Part shown: positions 38,391 to 47,910 of the stretch, in pieces
Layout of the letters: the number at the start of each line of letters is the position of its first letter
How positions within the stretch are numbered: the first letter of the stretch is position 1
Assembly (NCBI GenBank): GCA_965216755.1
Contig: CBDCGL010000011.1
Coordinates: forward strand, 32,001-96,000
Source of the DNA: Alphaproteobacteria bacterium
GTDB taxonomy: Bacteria; Pseudomonadota; Alphaproteobacteria; UBA7887
DNA: 64,000 nucleotides
Direction of reading: 5' to 3'
Notes under the pieces: model-generated
What the model saw: only the letters and a program-made list of their open reading frames with translations
Databases searched by the model: none
Told to the model about the DNA's origin: nothing
Translations under genes and position numbers: made by a program

Positions 38391-38765
38391 TTATTTTTCG
38401 GCTGCTAGCCGACAACGAGAGACCGCCGCTTCTGAAGCTCCAACCGTATGCACGCACTGGGACACATGAATCCGACATTGAGAAACAATTTTCCGTGCGC
38501 ACTCCCCCTTTCCCGCATGATGCCCGTAGCGCTCGCGCGTATAGGTCGGGAAGCTCTTGTGACACGTGTCGGCTGCGCTTCTCAATTCTTCGATAAGCAC
38601 CCGATAAGACTCATATAACGCTGTGCAATCAGAGATTGATACCGGCGGAGTCGGATCGAGCGGGAGAGCGACAGCGCTGTGGGCCCTTTCGTCCGCTGCT
38701 GATGTAGCGAAGGAGACCCGAACGAGGATCAAGACGCCAATGGTGCTGGGTGAGAAGGAACGCAC
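38391..38765 (-). CDS. Small secreted Cys-rich hypothetical protein
   Basis: Signal-like N-terminus, 6 Cys; fills the gap between the ADH and GMC genes. Confidence 0.4.
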   Translation of the reverse strand: MRSFSPSTIGVLILVRVSFATSAADERAHSAVALPLDPTPPVSISDCTALYESYRVLIEELRSAADTCHKSFPTYTRERYGHHAGKGECARKIVSQCRIHVSQCVHTVGASEAAVSRCRLAAEK

Positions 38766-38875
38766 GGATCAGCCCTTGTTTGCCAAATACGATCAATCTT
38801 ATAGCATGACGTGGGGGACGGAGACGGCACAGTCGGGCCGTGCCGAGGCGGATGAAACTGTGAGAACTTGTTGAA

Positions 38876-40495
38876 ATGACAGCGGTAGTGGAATCGCGCG
38901 ATACGGCTGACGTACTGATTGTCGGAGCCGGCGCCTCCGGTGCGGTGGCGGCGAAGCATCTGGTTGAAGCCGGTGTCAAAGTTGTCTGTTTGGAGCAGGG
39001 GCCACGGGTTGCGTCATCGGAATTCTTCGGTGACAAGCCGGAATGGGAACTGACATCGCAGCGGCAATGGCATCCGAATCCTAACGTTCGTCGGTTGGCC
39101 CAGGACTACCCGATCGACGTCTCGGAATCTGACGTGAACCCGCTGATGTTTAGCGCGGTCGGTGGCAGTACAATTATTTATGCGGCTCATTGGCAGCGTT
39201 TTATGCCATCTGATTTTAGGGTTAAGACTTTAGACGGCGTTGCTGATGACTGGCCATTTACATACGAAGATCTAGAGCCTTACTACGATCAAATGGACGT
39301 GGAGATGGGAGTATCGGGCCTTGCGGGTGACCCAGCATATCCACCAATGACGCCACCACCATTGCCGCCTTTGCCGATTGGGAAGATCGGGCGAAAGGCT
39401 GCACAGGGTATGAACGCGTTGGGGTGGCATTGGTGGCCGGCGTCGCAGGCCATCCCGTCACGAGCGTATCGCGGACGCAGCCAATGTGTGCGACGCGGCA
39501 CGTGCATGCAGGGGTGTCCGGAAGAAGCGAAAGGGTCCGTTGATTTGACCCATTGGCGAGATGCCGAAGCGCATGGTGCGCGAGTTGTGACCGGAGCTTG
39601 CGTGCGCGAAGTTACAGTCGATCGGCGCGGGCACGCGACCGGTGCGGTATACACCGATCGTGACGGCGTGGAACATCATCAACGCGCCGATAAAGTCATT
39701 GTTTGCTGTAATGGTATTGGTACGCCGCGCTTGCTGCTGAATTCAACGTCGAATCTGTTTCCAGATGGATTGGCGAACAGCTCGGGACTGGTCGGCAAGA
39801 ATTTGATGATGCATCCATTCGCGGCGGTGGTCGGTTATTTCGACGAGCCGTTGGACAGTTGGTTGGGTCCCGCCGGTCAGGCACTACATTCAATGCAATT
39901 CTACGAGACGGATGCCACGCGCGGGTTCGTTCGCGGTGCCAAATGGAACGCGATGCCAACCGGTGGTCCGCTTGGGATGCGATCAGCCTATGGCGGTGGC
40001 GCGTTGGAAGAAGCTTGGGGTGAGGCCCTCCATCGCGCGACGGCGAAACGGTTCGGCCGATCCTTCGAATGGGGGATCATCGCCGAAGACCTGCCCGACG
40101 AGAACAACCACGTCACTCTCGATGAGGCACTAACCGACCGGGACGGCAATCCAGCTCCCAGGGTTATTTACCGCAATTCAGAGAATACGCAGCGCTTGCT
40201 GCGATTCCATTTGGAAAAGGCAAAAGACGCTATGGCGGCTTCTGGTGCCTACGACACGTCAACGACCGAACTGATGCGCGATTGTGGTTGGCACTTGATG
40301 GGAACCTGCCGCATGGGTGAGAACCCGAAACGTGCTGTCGTCGATCAATGGGCGCGCGCGTACGATGTCCCCAACCTTTACATCTTTGACGGCAGCATTT
40401 TTGTCACGTCATCGGGTTTCAACCCGACAGGTACGATCTGCGCGGTGGCGTTGCGTTGTGTGCATCATATGATTGAGCAACGAGGTGCACCATGA
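38876..40495 (+). CDS. GMC family oxidoreductase (flavoprotein subunit)
   Basis: VGAGASG, VGGSTI.YAA, CVRRGTCMQGC, GLVGKNLM.HP, HLMGTCRMG, NPT.T. Confidence 0.92.
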   Translation: MTAVVESRDTADVLIVGAGASGAVAAKHLVEAGVKVVCLEQGPRVASSEFFGDKPEWELTSQRQWHPNPNVRRLAQDYPIDVSESDVNPLMFSAVGGSTIIYAAHWQRFMPSDFRVKTLDGVADDWPFTYEDLEPYYDQMDVEMGVSGLAGDPAYPPMTPPPLPPLPIGKIGRKAAQGMNALGWHWWPASQAIPSRAYRGRSQCVRRGTCMQGCPEEAKGSVDLTHWRDAEAHGARVVTGACVREVTVDRRGHATGAVYTDRDGVEHHQRADKVIVCCNGIGTPRLLLNSTSNLFPDGLANSSGLVGKNLMMHPFAAVVGYFDEPLDSWLGPAGQALHSMQFYETDATRGFVRGAKWNAMPTGGPLGMRSAYGGGALEEAWGEALHRATAKRFGRSFEWGIIAEDLPDENNHVTLDEALTDRDGNPAPRVIYRNSENTQRLLRFHLEKAKDAMAASGAYDTSTTELMRDCGWHLMGTCRMGENPKRAVVDQWARAYDVPNLYIFDGSIFVTSSGFNPTGTICAVALRCVHHMIEQRGAP

Positions 40496-40917
40496 CCATT
40501 AGGCTGACAACTAAAGAAAGAGAGGCATTCGCCGCTTTAGCGAATGTACTCATTCCATCTGCTCATGGTATGCCAGCGGCGCCGGAGGTTGGTATCCAGG
40601 ACGAAGCTTTGGATCATGTCTTGTCTTTACGGCCAGAGCTCGCGAACGATCTCGTCCGTGGCATTCGAGCGCTGGGCGAGGGAAACGCCGCGGCGATCGC
40701 CGAAACCTTAAGTCGAGACGATCCGGCGGCGCTGGGCGCGATTGGTCTTGTTGCCGCGGCGGCCTATTACATGAACACAGACGTGCGCCAGCGCCTTGGT
40801 TATCGTGGCCAGGAAAGTCGCCCCGCCACCGATGACGAGGAACACGATTATCTTCGAGATGACCTCCTGCAACCGGTGATTGACCGGGGGCCAATTTTTC
40901 GACCGACTCCAAAATAG
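40492..40917 (+). CDS. Gluconate 2-dehydrogenase subunit-3-like small partner
   Basis: ATGA overlap with the GMC gene; ALANVLIP...MPAA; AAYY....VRQRLGY.G. Confidence 0.7.
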   Translation: MTIRLTTKEREAFAALANVLIPSAHGMPAAPEVGIQDEALDHVLSLRPELANDLVRGIRALGEGNAAAIAETLSRDDPAALGAIGLVAAAAYYMNTDVRQRLGYRGQESRPATDDEEHDYLRDDLLQPVIDRGPIFRPTPK

Positions 40918-40925
40918 AGTCCGCG

Positions 40926-43223
40926 CTATTCTTGCCAGGCTGACAAGTCCAATCCTTGGAAGGTAATCGCTTCCAGAATGTTCGAGAAATCGTCGGTCCA
41001 GGGAGGCCCGCCGTTCGACTTAGGCAACGGCAACCACCGGTCGCTGAGATCCAGACGCTCGATCGTCTCGGGCCGGCGGGCAAGTAGCGCCCACATCGAT
41101 CCAGTCCCCAGGAAACGAGCTTCATTCGGATCATCGTAGTCCGTGCTGGGAATCCGCGCGGCCATCCGTGCACTGAGTCCCATGTCATCGGCCAACCGCG
41201 CCAGAGTTGGGCGCAGGTCCAAATGTCGGTTGCTGATGTTGAGCACCAAGACGCCGTCATTTTGCAGTTTGCGCATATAAAGGGAGAACGCCTCGCGGGT
41301 CATCAAGTGCAGAGGGATCGCGTCAGATGTGAAGGCATCCAACAGCAAGAAGTCGAAGTACTCGTCGCGTTCGCGGCCAAGCGTCAATCGCGCATCGCCA
41401 ATGATGATCGGCGACGTTGGCGCGCATTCCGGAACCAAACGGAAGTAGCGGCCGTCTTCGGCTATTTGCCCAACCAATGGGTCGATTTCGTACAAATGCC
41501 ACGTCTCTTCGGGGCGCCGATAGCAGGTGAAAGATCCAGCACCTAGGCCGACGACGCCGACTTTTCTGGTATCGGCCAGGTCTTGGCTGGCACGAATCAA
41601 TTCAACCAGAGGGCTTTCGGGCGTGTAGTAGGTCACCGGCTCGATGCTGCCGTCGGCTAATGTGCGCTGGCCGCCGTGATTTGTGGTGCCATGAGCAAAC
41701 AGTCGAAACTGGCTGTCTTCTGTCTCGATCACCTTGTATACGCCGAAGAACGAGCGACCGCGCCACAGAGTCCGGTCCTGGTCGACAAGGATGTGTCCCG
41801 CGAACAGAACAGCACCCAGGCCAAGAGCAAAGCCAAGCGGACGTTCCTTGCGCCCGAACGCCACGATTACGCCCAAGATCGTGGCCCCAGCCGTCACCGC
41901 GGCCGCGAGTTCCGGTCCCGCGGATCGGGTCAATAGGATGGCGATCGCCAGCAATCCGACCAATCCGCCCAAGATGGGCAAGTCCTTGCCGTCGATCAGC
42001 TTGCTCTTCATGGCTGGTAGCAGGGCACAGGCCGCAATCAAGGCAATTGGATATTCGTAGACGCCGTTGAAGACCACCGGCGCGATAATTGCGGTGAAGA
42101 CGCCGCCGATCATGCCCCCGATCGATATCGTCAAATAGAATGCTGTCAGCCAAGCCGGGGGTGGCCGATGTCGCGCGAGTTCGCCATGGCACATCAAGGC
42201 AGTCATGAAGAATACGACCGGATGCAGAACCAGCATCATGGCGGCGCTCATTTTCCATTGGAAAAAGAACACCAAAAAGACGAGCGCAAACGGAAAGACG
42301 CGAACGACCAAAGCGTGAGGCAGGATCGGTCGGCGGGCAAACACTATGACGAAGCTGAGCAGGTACAGCATTAATGGCACCACCCAGAACATGGGCGCCG
42401 CCGCGATATCGGTGGTGATGTGCCCGGTAACGCCCAACAGCAACGCCGAAGGTACTGCACTGTAAGCGAGCCACATGGCACGTTGGCGCCAGCTTGGTGC
42501 GCCAGCCGTAGCGGAGGCATTGGCTGTGGCGGGTTCAGTCTTGAGGCTTTGGTCCGGGCCCCTGCGCCGGATCATGGCGTAGCCGGCCACAGCGATCAGA
42601 CCGGCCAAGATCACATATCCAACGGTCCACGCGACCCCCTGTGTCCGGGCTGAAAGGGTCGGCTCAAGCAACAATGGAAAAGCGAGCAGCGCGAATACGC
42701 TCCCCAGATTGCTGGCCCCATACAAGAAATATGGATCGCCGGCATGGGGGTGGCGGGTTCTGGAAAACCAATGCTGCATCAACGGGGCGGTCGCCGAGAC
42801 AGCAAAGAACGGCGGTCCGATAGAGACAGCCAGCAAGCCAAGCAACCACGCGATCGGTATGGCCTCTGCCGGCGGCTCCCAACCGGCGTTCACCGCGACC
42901 GGCAATGACAAAAGGCCGAAACCGAGAACAATAATATGGGCGAAGACCTGCCTATCCGGCGGCAAGGCGCGGGCAACCCAGTGGGCATAAGCGTAGCCGC
43001 CGAGCAGCGCGGCCTGGAAGAATACCATCGCCGTATTCCAGACCGCTGGCGAGCCCCCCAAGAGTGGCAGGACCATCTTTGCGAACAGCGGTTGGACCCA
43101 AAACAGCAATCCGGCGCCAACGAACATGGTGACCACAAAAAGGGCCAGTATCCGCCGGTTCGAGAGTTGGTTCGTTTGGGATTCGTAGTCCTCTACGGCA
43201 ATGGAGTTGTCGGAGGGGGCCAT
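40926..43223 (-). CDS. Fused MFS-like/spermidine synthase-like membrane protein
   Basis: LLF.VQPLFAK.VLPLLGGSPAVWNT; many TMs; HGTTNHG, VVGLGAG, YEIDP, GDAR, DAFTSDAIP.HL.T.EA, WTDDFSN. Confidence 0.92.
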   Translation of the reverse strand: MAPSDNSIAVEDYESQTNQLSNRRILALFVVTMFVGAGLLFWVQPLFAKMVLPLLGGSPAVWNTAMVFFQAALLGGYAYAHWVARALPPDRQVFAHIIVLGFGLLSLPVAVNAGWEPPAEAIPIAWLLGLLAVSIGPPFFAVSATAPLMQHWFSRTRHPHAGDPYFLYGASNLGSVFALLAFPLLLEPTLSARTQGVAWTVGYVILAGLIAVAGYAMIRRRGPDQSLKTEPATANASATAGAPSWRQRAMWLAYSAVPSALLLGVTGHITTDIAAAPMFWVVPLMLYLLSFVIVFARRPILPHALVVRVFPFALVFLVFFFQWKMSAAMMLVLHPVVFFMTALMCHGELARHRPPPAWLTAFYLTISIGGMIGGVFTAIIAPVVFNGVYEYPIALIAACALLPAMKSKLIDGKDLPILGGLVGLLAIAILLTRSAGPELAAAVTAGATILGVIVAFGRKERPLGFALGLGAVLFAGHILVDQDRTLWRGRSFFGVYKVIETEDSQFRLFAHGTTNHGGQRTLADGSIEPVTYYTPESPLVELIRASQDLADTRKVGVVGLGAGSFTCYRRPEETWHLYEIDPLVGQIAEDGRYFRLVPECAPTSPIIIGDARLTLGRERDEYFDFLLLDAFTSDAIPLHLMTREAFSLYMRKLQNDGVLVLNISNRHLDLRPTLARLADDMGLSARMAARIPSTDYDDPNEARFLGTGSMWALLARRPETIERLDLSDRWLPLPKSNGGPPWTDDFSNILEAITFQGLDLSAWQE

Positions 43224-43378
43224 GGGCGTTCCTGCTCAGGTCTGCGTACGCAATTCCGACACCAAAGGCCGCGATCGTCGGGCGATGCGGTCCAGGGTCG
43301 ATCGCATAGTGAAATATGCCGATTTGCGGCACTTGCTATAGCGCGCGTCGCAGTGCGGCCGGGGACGTCTTGGTGGAT

Positions 43379-45004
43379 CTAACCGGGTCTTGTGCGTTTG
43401 AGCGACAATGCTGCGATCAGCGCTGAAATCCCGGCGCAGACGGCAACCAGGTACATGCTGGCGCGAAAGCCAATTCGAAACGATTCCGAAATGAGGTTCT
43501 GAACGAGAGCTAGGTCAGACGACGTAAGGCCTTCCGGAATTTGGATGCCGGCGAGTTCTTGCGTTTGAGCCAGGACAGCCTGGTTCAAACTCGCAGGAAG
43601 GGACAGGCCAGCAAGTCCGGTCGCGACCGCGTCCGCGAAATACGCCATGGTCAGTGGCCCTGCAACGGCCACGGCCACCAAGCCAGCCAATCGGCTTGCG
43701 GCGTTGTTAACGCCTGAGGCCACACCGGCGTCTCGGTCGGGAACCGCGTTCATGACGGCGGTCGTCAGCGGCGTGGCCGCAACCGTCATTCCAATCGCCA
43801 ACAGGAGAATTGGGGCAAAAACAGTGTTCCAATAGCTTCCAGCTGACGGGGCCAAGGCAAGGCCGACACTTGCCATGACGACCAAGAAAGCGCCGATTGT
43901 CAGCGGCCATCGCGGCCCGACGCGATCAGCCCAGCGGCCGACAACTCCAGAAAAGACGGCCATCACGGCGCCGAACGGCAGCAACGCCATGCCCGCAGCC
44001 GTGGCGGTGTAGCCGCGGATCTGTATGAGGTCGAATGGCAACAGGAACAGGATCCCGCTCAGCGTAAAATAGAGCAGAAACGTCACGACGTTTGCGGCGG
44101 TGAAATCGACGGATCGAAACAAGCGCGGTGGCGTCATTGGCGCGGTTGCCCGCATTTCCACGGCCAGATAGGCGATGAACAGCACCAAGCTGCCGACCAG
44201 CAGTGCCATGGACAAATACCCATCGACGTTTGCCTTGGGAAGGAGGCTCAGGCCGTATGTTAAGATTGCCAGCGCTAGAATGATAAGAACTGCACCGGCC
44301 CAATCTGGTCTGCCCCGCGCTTCTACATCGCGGCTTTCCGGAATAAAACGGACACTAAACCAAATCGTTAGAGCAGCTATCGGCAGATTCAACCAAAATG
44401 CCGCGCGCCACGAGAGAAGGTCGATCAAGGTTCCGCCAAGCAACGGGCCAAGCGCCGTCGTCATTGCCGCAAAGCCCGCCCACAATCCGATCGCTCGCCC
44501 GCGTTCTTGTTTTGGAAATGACGCCGCGATTATGGCCAGGCTTTGGGGAACCAGCAAAGCCGCGCCAATGCCCTGCAGTGCCCGTGCGGCGACCAAGCTT
44601 GAACTGGTTGGTGCGAGACCGCAAAACGCCGAAGCTGCCGCGAAAACGACCACGCCGGACACGAAAATTCGGCGCCGGCCCAGCCGGTCGCCGAGCCCGC
44701 CACCGACCAATACCAAGGCGCCTAAGAACAGCGTGTAGATGTTGACGATCCACTGAAGGTCGGAAAATGAGGCATCGATCGTGCGTTGAATCGATGGCAA
44801 TGCGATATGCACAACGGTGCCATCGATAAATGCCATCGATGAGCCAAGAATTGTCGCAACCAGGACGTAGGGGCGTGCCGAAACCGCGCAGGGCGCATCG
44901 GCGGGTCGCCTGCCGGCGATTGTGCCGTGCGGAAACAACGGCCGATGCACGGCGGGCATATCGCAAGTGCGCGGGCCTGGACCAAGAGGAGCCGGCCGTG
45001 TCAT
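43379..45004 (-). CDS. MFS transporter, DHA2 (EmrB/QacA-like)
   Basis: GSSMAFIDGTVV.IALP, GDRLGRRR, ARALQGIGAA, SWRAAFWLN. Confidence 0.9.
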   Translation of the reverse strand: MTRPAPLGPGPRTCDMPAVHRPLFPHGTIAGRRPADAPCAVSARPYVLVATILGSSMAFIDGTVVHIALPSIQRTIDASFSDLQWIVNIYTLFLGALVLVGGGLGDRLGRRRIFVSGVVVFAAASAFCGLAPTSSSLVAARALQGIGAALLVPQSLAIIAASFPKQERGRAIGLWAGFAAMTTALGPLLGGTLIDLLSWRAAFWLNLPIAALTIWFSVRFIPESRDVEARGRPDWAGAVLIILALAILTYGLSLLPKANVDGYLSMALLVGSLVLFIAYLAVEMRATAPMTPPRLFRSVDFTAANVVTFLLYFTLSGILFLLPFDLIQIRGYTATAAGMALLPFGAVMAVFSGVVGRWADRVGPRWPLTIGAFLVVMASVGLALAPSAGSYWNTVFAPILLLAIGMTVAATPLTTAVMNAVPDRDAGVASGVNNAASRLAGLVAVAVAGPLTMAYFADAVATGLAGLSLPASLNQAVLAQTQELAGIQIPEGLTSSDLALVQNLISESFRIGFRASMYLVAVCAGISALIAALSLKRTRPG

Positions 45005-45142
45005 CGACGGATTCCTTTCAAGGCGTTGCGAAATGGGCAAGGTTCGGCAGCGCGCTCGTCGCGCCATACGACCCTAGACTTTGCCCGAGCGCCCCGCCTA
45101 TCCTAGCGGTCGTGCGCGACTATGTGAGCTTTGGAAGATGAT

Positions 45143-45538
45143 ATGCGAGCGATGAAAACAGTAGTCAGCATGTCGGCGATTCTGACGCTGACGGCGTTCA
45201 TGTCGGCCGCCATTAATAGTCCTTGGGTGCCTCACGTCGCGTGGGCGCAAGACACCGAGTTGGGTACCGAGGCGCAGCCAAGGAGCACTGCGCGTCCTCC
45301 CAGGGTACTCGAATTGGTAATTTTCAGGCTGACTGGCAATTATTGCGATCCTTGTGAACTGGATGTTCGGGACGCTATCGCTGACGTGTTCGGCGTGGAC
45401 ACGGTGATGATGCAGCGGCAAGACGGCCCCGACGAGCCATTGTTGGCTGTGCGTTTCGACCGCAACTTGGTGAACGCACAGGCACTGCTGGAGGTCGCGG
45501 AGGCCACCGGTTACACCGTATCCGTAATTGAGCGCTGA
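45143..45538 (+). CDS. Exported heavy-metal-associated (HMA) domain protein
   Basis: Signal peptide (AWAQ); FRLTGNYCDPC...DVFGV...VRFD...LLEVAEATGY. Confidence 0.7.
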   Translation: MRAMKTVVSMSAILTLTAFMSAAINSPWVPHVAWAQDTELGTEAQPRSTARPPRVLELVIFRLTGNYCDPCELDVRDAIADVFGVDTVMMQRQDGPDEPLLAVRFDRNLVNAQALLEVAEATGYTVSVIER

Positions 45539-45718
45539 CAGCGGCCGACATCCAACGCGTTGATCGAATCACGTCCCATGGGCATGGCCAGTTCGCCACC
45601 GTAACTGTGATTGATGTGCCGCACGCATTCGCCACAACTACCGACACGAGTTTGGAACTCAGCGATGCGCTATGATGCTTAAAGACTTTGGCAGATATCG
45701 AGGGGTGACGGGCTCGCG

Positions 45719-46087
45719 ATGCGCATGGTTCATGTCAGCTTGTTGCTGAAGATCGCCACGATCACAAGTTCCTCGGGCATTACGTACGCGTGTGATGATC
45801 CCTTGGATCAGAATATTGAGAAGGTGGAACAGCAATGGCCGCTCGTCGATCCCTGGACCTATCCGCAAGATTGGGTTGAATATTTCGTATTGGGGTACAA
45901 CGCGCAACCTGATCGTGGCGACGACGTGATGGCGGACACGTCGATTGCATTTCCGATGGATGAGCAGTACTCGACTCGGTATTTCATCGCCGGCCTTGAC
46001 GGGTGTATGTCGTTTTGGATCGATCTCAATCCCAACAGGGCTTACCACCTCGTGGAACTTGGCCATGCGATAGGAGAGGGTCGGTAG
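45719..46087 (+). CDS. Hypothetical protein
   Basis: Protein-like composition in an otherwise empty gap; no recognised motif. Confidence 0.3.
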   Translation: MRMVHVSLLLKIATITSSSGITYACDDPLDQNIEKVEQQWPLVDPWTYPQDWVEYFVLGYNAQPDRGDDVMADTSIAFPMDEQYSTRYFIAGLDGCMSFWIDLNPNRAYHLVELGHAIGEGR

Positions 46088-46218
46088 ATTGACTGTGGCC
46101 ATTGATCTCAAATCGGCCACGCTTGAAAGTGACATCGGCAAAATGCGAGTACTAATTGTCACCCGGCATCTATCCCGGCGCCGTGCGCGTGTGTTGTTTA
46201 GGAACGAAGGTCGCTGCC

Positions 46219-47910
46219 ATGGCATCCGACAATCGTAGAAAACACCCCGGCAAGGGTCGGGTTCCCGGACGGTACGAAGGGCGCGGTCGACAAGTTGATC
46301 CTGCGGCGCGCGATGAGGTCCGCGCGGTTCTTGGTCATCGCGCACGGGCACGCGAACTATTGATTGAGCATCTGCATCTCATTCAGGATCACTATCATGG
46401 CATTTCTGCCCGCCATATCGCTGCCCTCGCCGAAGAAATGCGCCTCTCGCAGGCCGAGGTTTACGAGGTGGCGACCTTCTACGCCCATTTCGACGTAGTC
46501 GCCGACGGCGAAGCCTACCCGCCGCCACTGACGATACGGGTGTGTGACAGCGTGGCTTGTGCGATGCAAAATGCGGACACCCTTTATGCTGAGTTGCTGG
46601 CGAGTGTTGACGACGACGTGCGCGTCGTCACGGCACCGTGTATGGGGCGATGCCAATCGGCCCCGGCCGCGATGGTTGGCCAGCGGGCCGTTGATCACGC
46701 GACGACTGAGGCAACTACCACATTGTTCGATGCAGGTCAGTTTCAGGCAGAGATACCCGACTATGAAAACCTGGCAGCATACCGTGAACGGGGCGGATAC
46801 AAGTTGTTGGACGCGTGCCTCCATGACCGTCACACGCGAGACGGCGTCATCGATACAATCGATGCTGCGGGACTGCGGGGAATGGGCGGGGCAGGTTTTC
46901 CCTGCGGCCGTAAGTGGCGGTTGGTACGTGACCATCCTGAACCACGATTCATGGCGGTAAATGCCGACGAAGGCGAACCGGGGACGTTTAAGGACCGCTA
47001 CTTTCTCGAATCGTGTCCGCATCGCGTATTAGAGGGTATGCTAATCGCCGCCTGGGCAATAGATGCGTGTGAGATATACTTTTACTTGCGTGACGAATAC
47101 CCGGCTGTGCGCCACATTCTTCAAAGGGAAATCCAAGCACTTCTGGATGCGGGCCTTACCCATGGCTTCAACATACATCTACGGCGCGGCGCTGGCGCAT
47201 ATATCTGTGGCGAAGAGTCCGCCATGCTGGAGAGTATCGAAGGTAAACGGGGTGAACCGCGGCACAAACCGCCGTATCCGGCCGAAGTCGGGCTGTTCGG
47301 CCGGCCAACGCTGATCCACAATGTTGAGACATTGTTCTGGGTCCCGGAAATATTGGAACGAGGCGTTGAATGGTATGCGGACCAGGGGCGGCGCGGGGCC
47401 AAGGGGCCGCGCGCGTTTTCTGTTTCGGGTCGGGTACGCGATCCGGGCGTGAAGATTGCGCCATCCGGCATCACCGTACGGGAGCTGATCGACGAACACT
47501 GTGGCGGAATGGCGGACGGCCACACGTTCAAAGGGTACTTGCCGGGCGGCGCCTCCGGCGGAATTCTGCCGGCGTCCATGGACGATCTCGCTCTGGACTT
47601 TGGCACTCTGGACGCTCATGGCTGTTTTATCGGTTCCGCAGCCGTCGTAGTTCTGAGCGATCAGGACGATATCCGAGCAATTGCTCAGAATCTGGTGCGC
47701 TTTTTTGAACATGAGAGTTGCGGTCAGTGCACGCCGTGTCGCGTGGGCACGGAGAAAGCAGCGGCACTCATGGTACACGCGAAGTGGGATGAACCATTGC
47801 TGAACGAACTATGTGCCGCGATGGCCGACGCGTCAATTTGCGGACTGGGATTTGCTGCGCCCAACCCATTGCTGAGTGCGTTCAGATATTTTCGCGAGGA
47901 TCTAGGTTGA
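46219..47910 (+). CDS. NAD-linked formate dehydrogenase beta subunit (fused NuoE/NuoF-like, FMN/Fe-S)
   Basis: EVATFYAHF, RVCDSVAC, PCMGRC, GLRGMGGAGFP, NADEGEPGTFKDR, GAGAYICGEESA, ESCGQCTPCR. Confidence 0.93.
   Translation: MASDNRRKHPGKGRVPGRYEGRGRQVDPAARDEVRAVLGHRARARELLIEHLHLIQDHYHGISARHIAALAEEMRLSQAEVYEVATFYAHFDVVADGEAYPPPLTIRVCDSVACAMQNADTLYAELLASVDDDVRVVTAPCMGRCQSAPAAMVGQRAVDHATTEATTTLFDAGQFQAEIPDYENLAAYRERGGYKLLDACLHDRHTRDGVIDTIDAAGLRGMGGAGFPCGRKWRLVRDHPEPRFMAVNADEGEPGTFKDRYFLESCPHRVLEGMLIAAWAIDACEIYFYLRDEYPAVRHILQREIQALLDAGLTHGFNIHLRRGAGAYICGEESAMLESIEGKRGEPRHKPPYPAEVGLFGRPTLIHNVETLFWVPEILERGVEWYADQGRRGAKGPRAFSVSGRVRDPGVKIAPSGITVRELIDEHCGGMADGHTFKGYLPGGASGGILPASMDDLALDFGTLDAHGCFIGSAAVVVLSDQDDIRAIAQNLVRFFEHESCGQCTPCRVGTEKAAALMVHAKWDEPLLNELCAAMADASICGLGFAAPNPLLSAFRYFREDLG

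Noticed and set aside
46102-46116. FNR box upstream of FDH beta (TTGATCTCAAATCGG)
   Set aside because: Spacing and right half-site do not fit TTGAT-N4-ATCAA.
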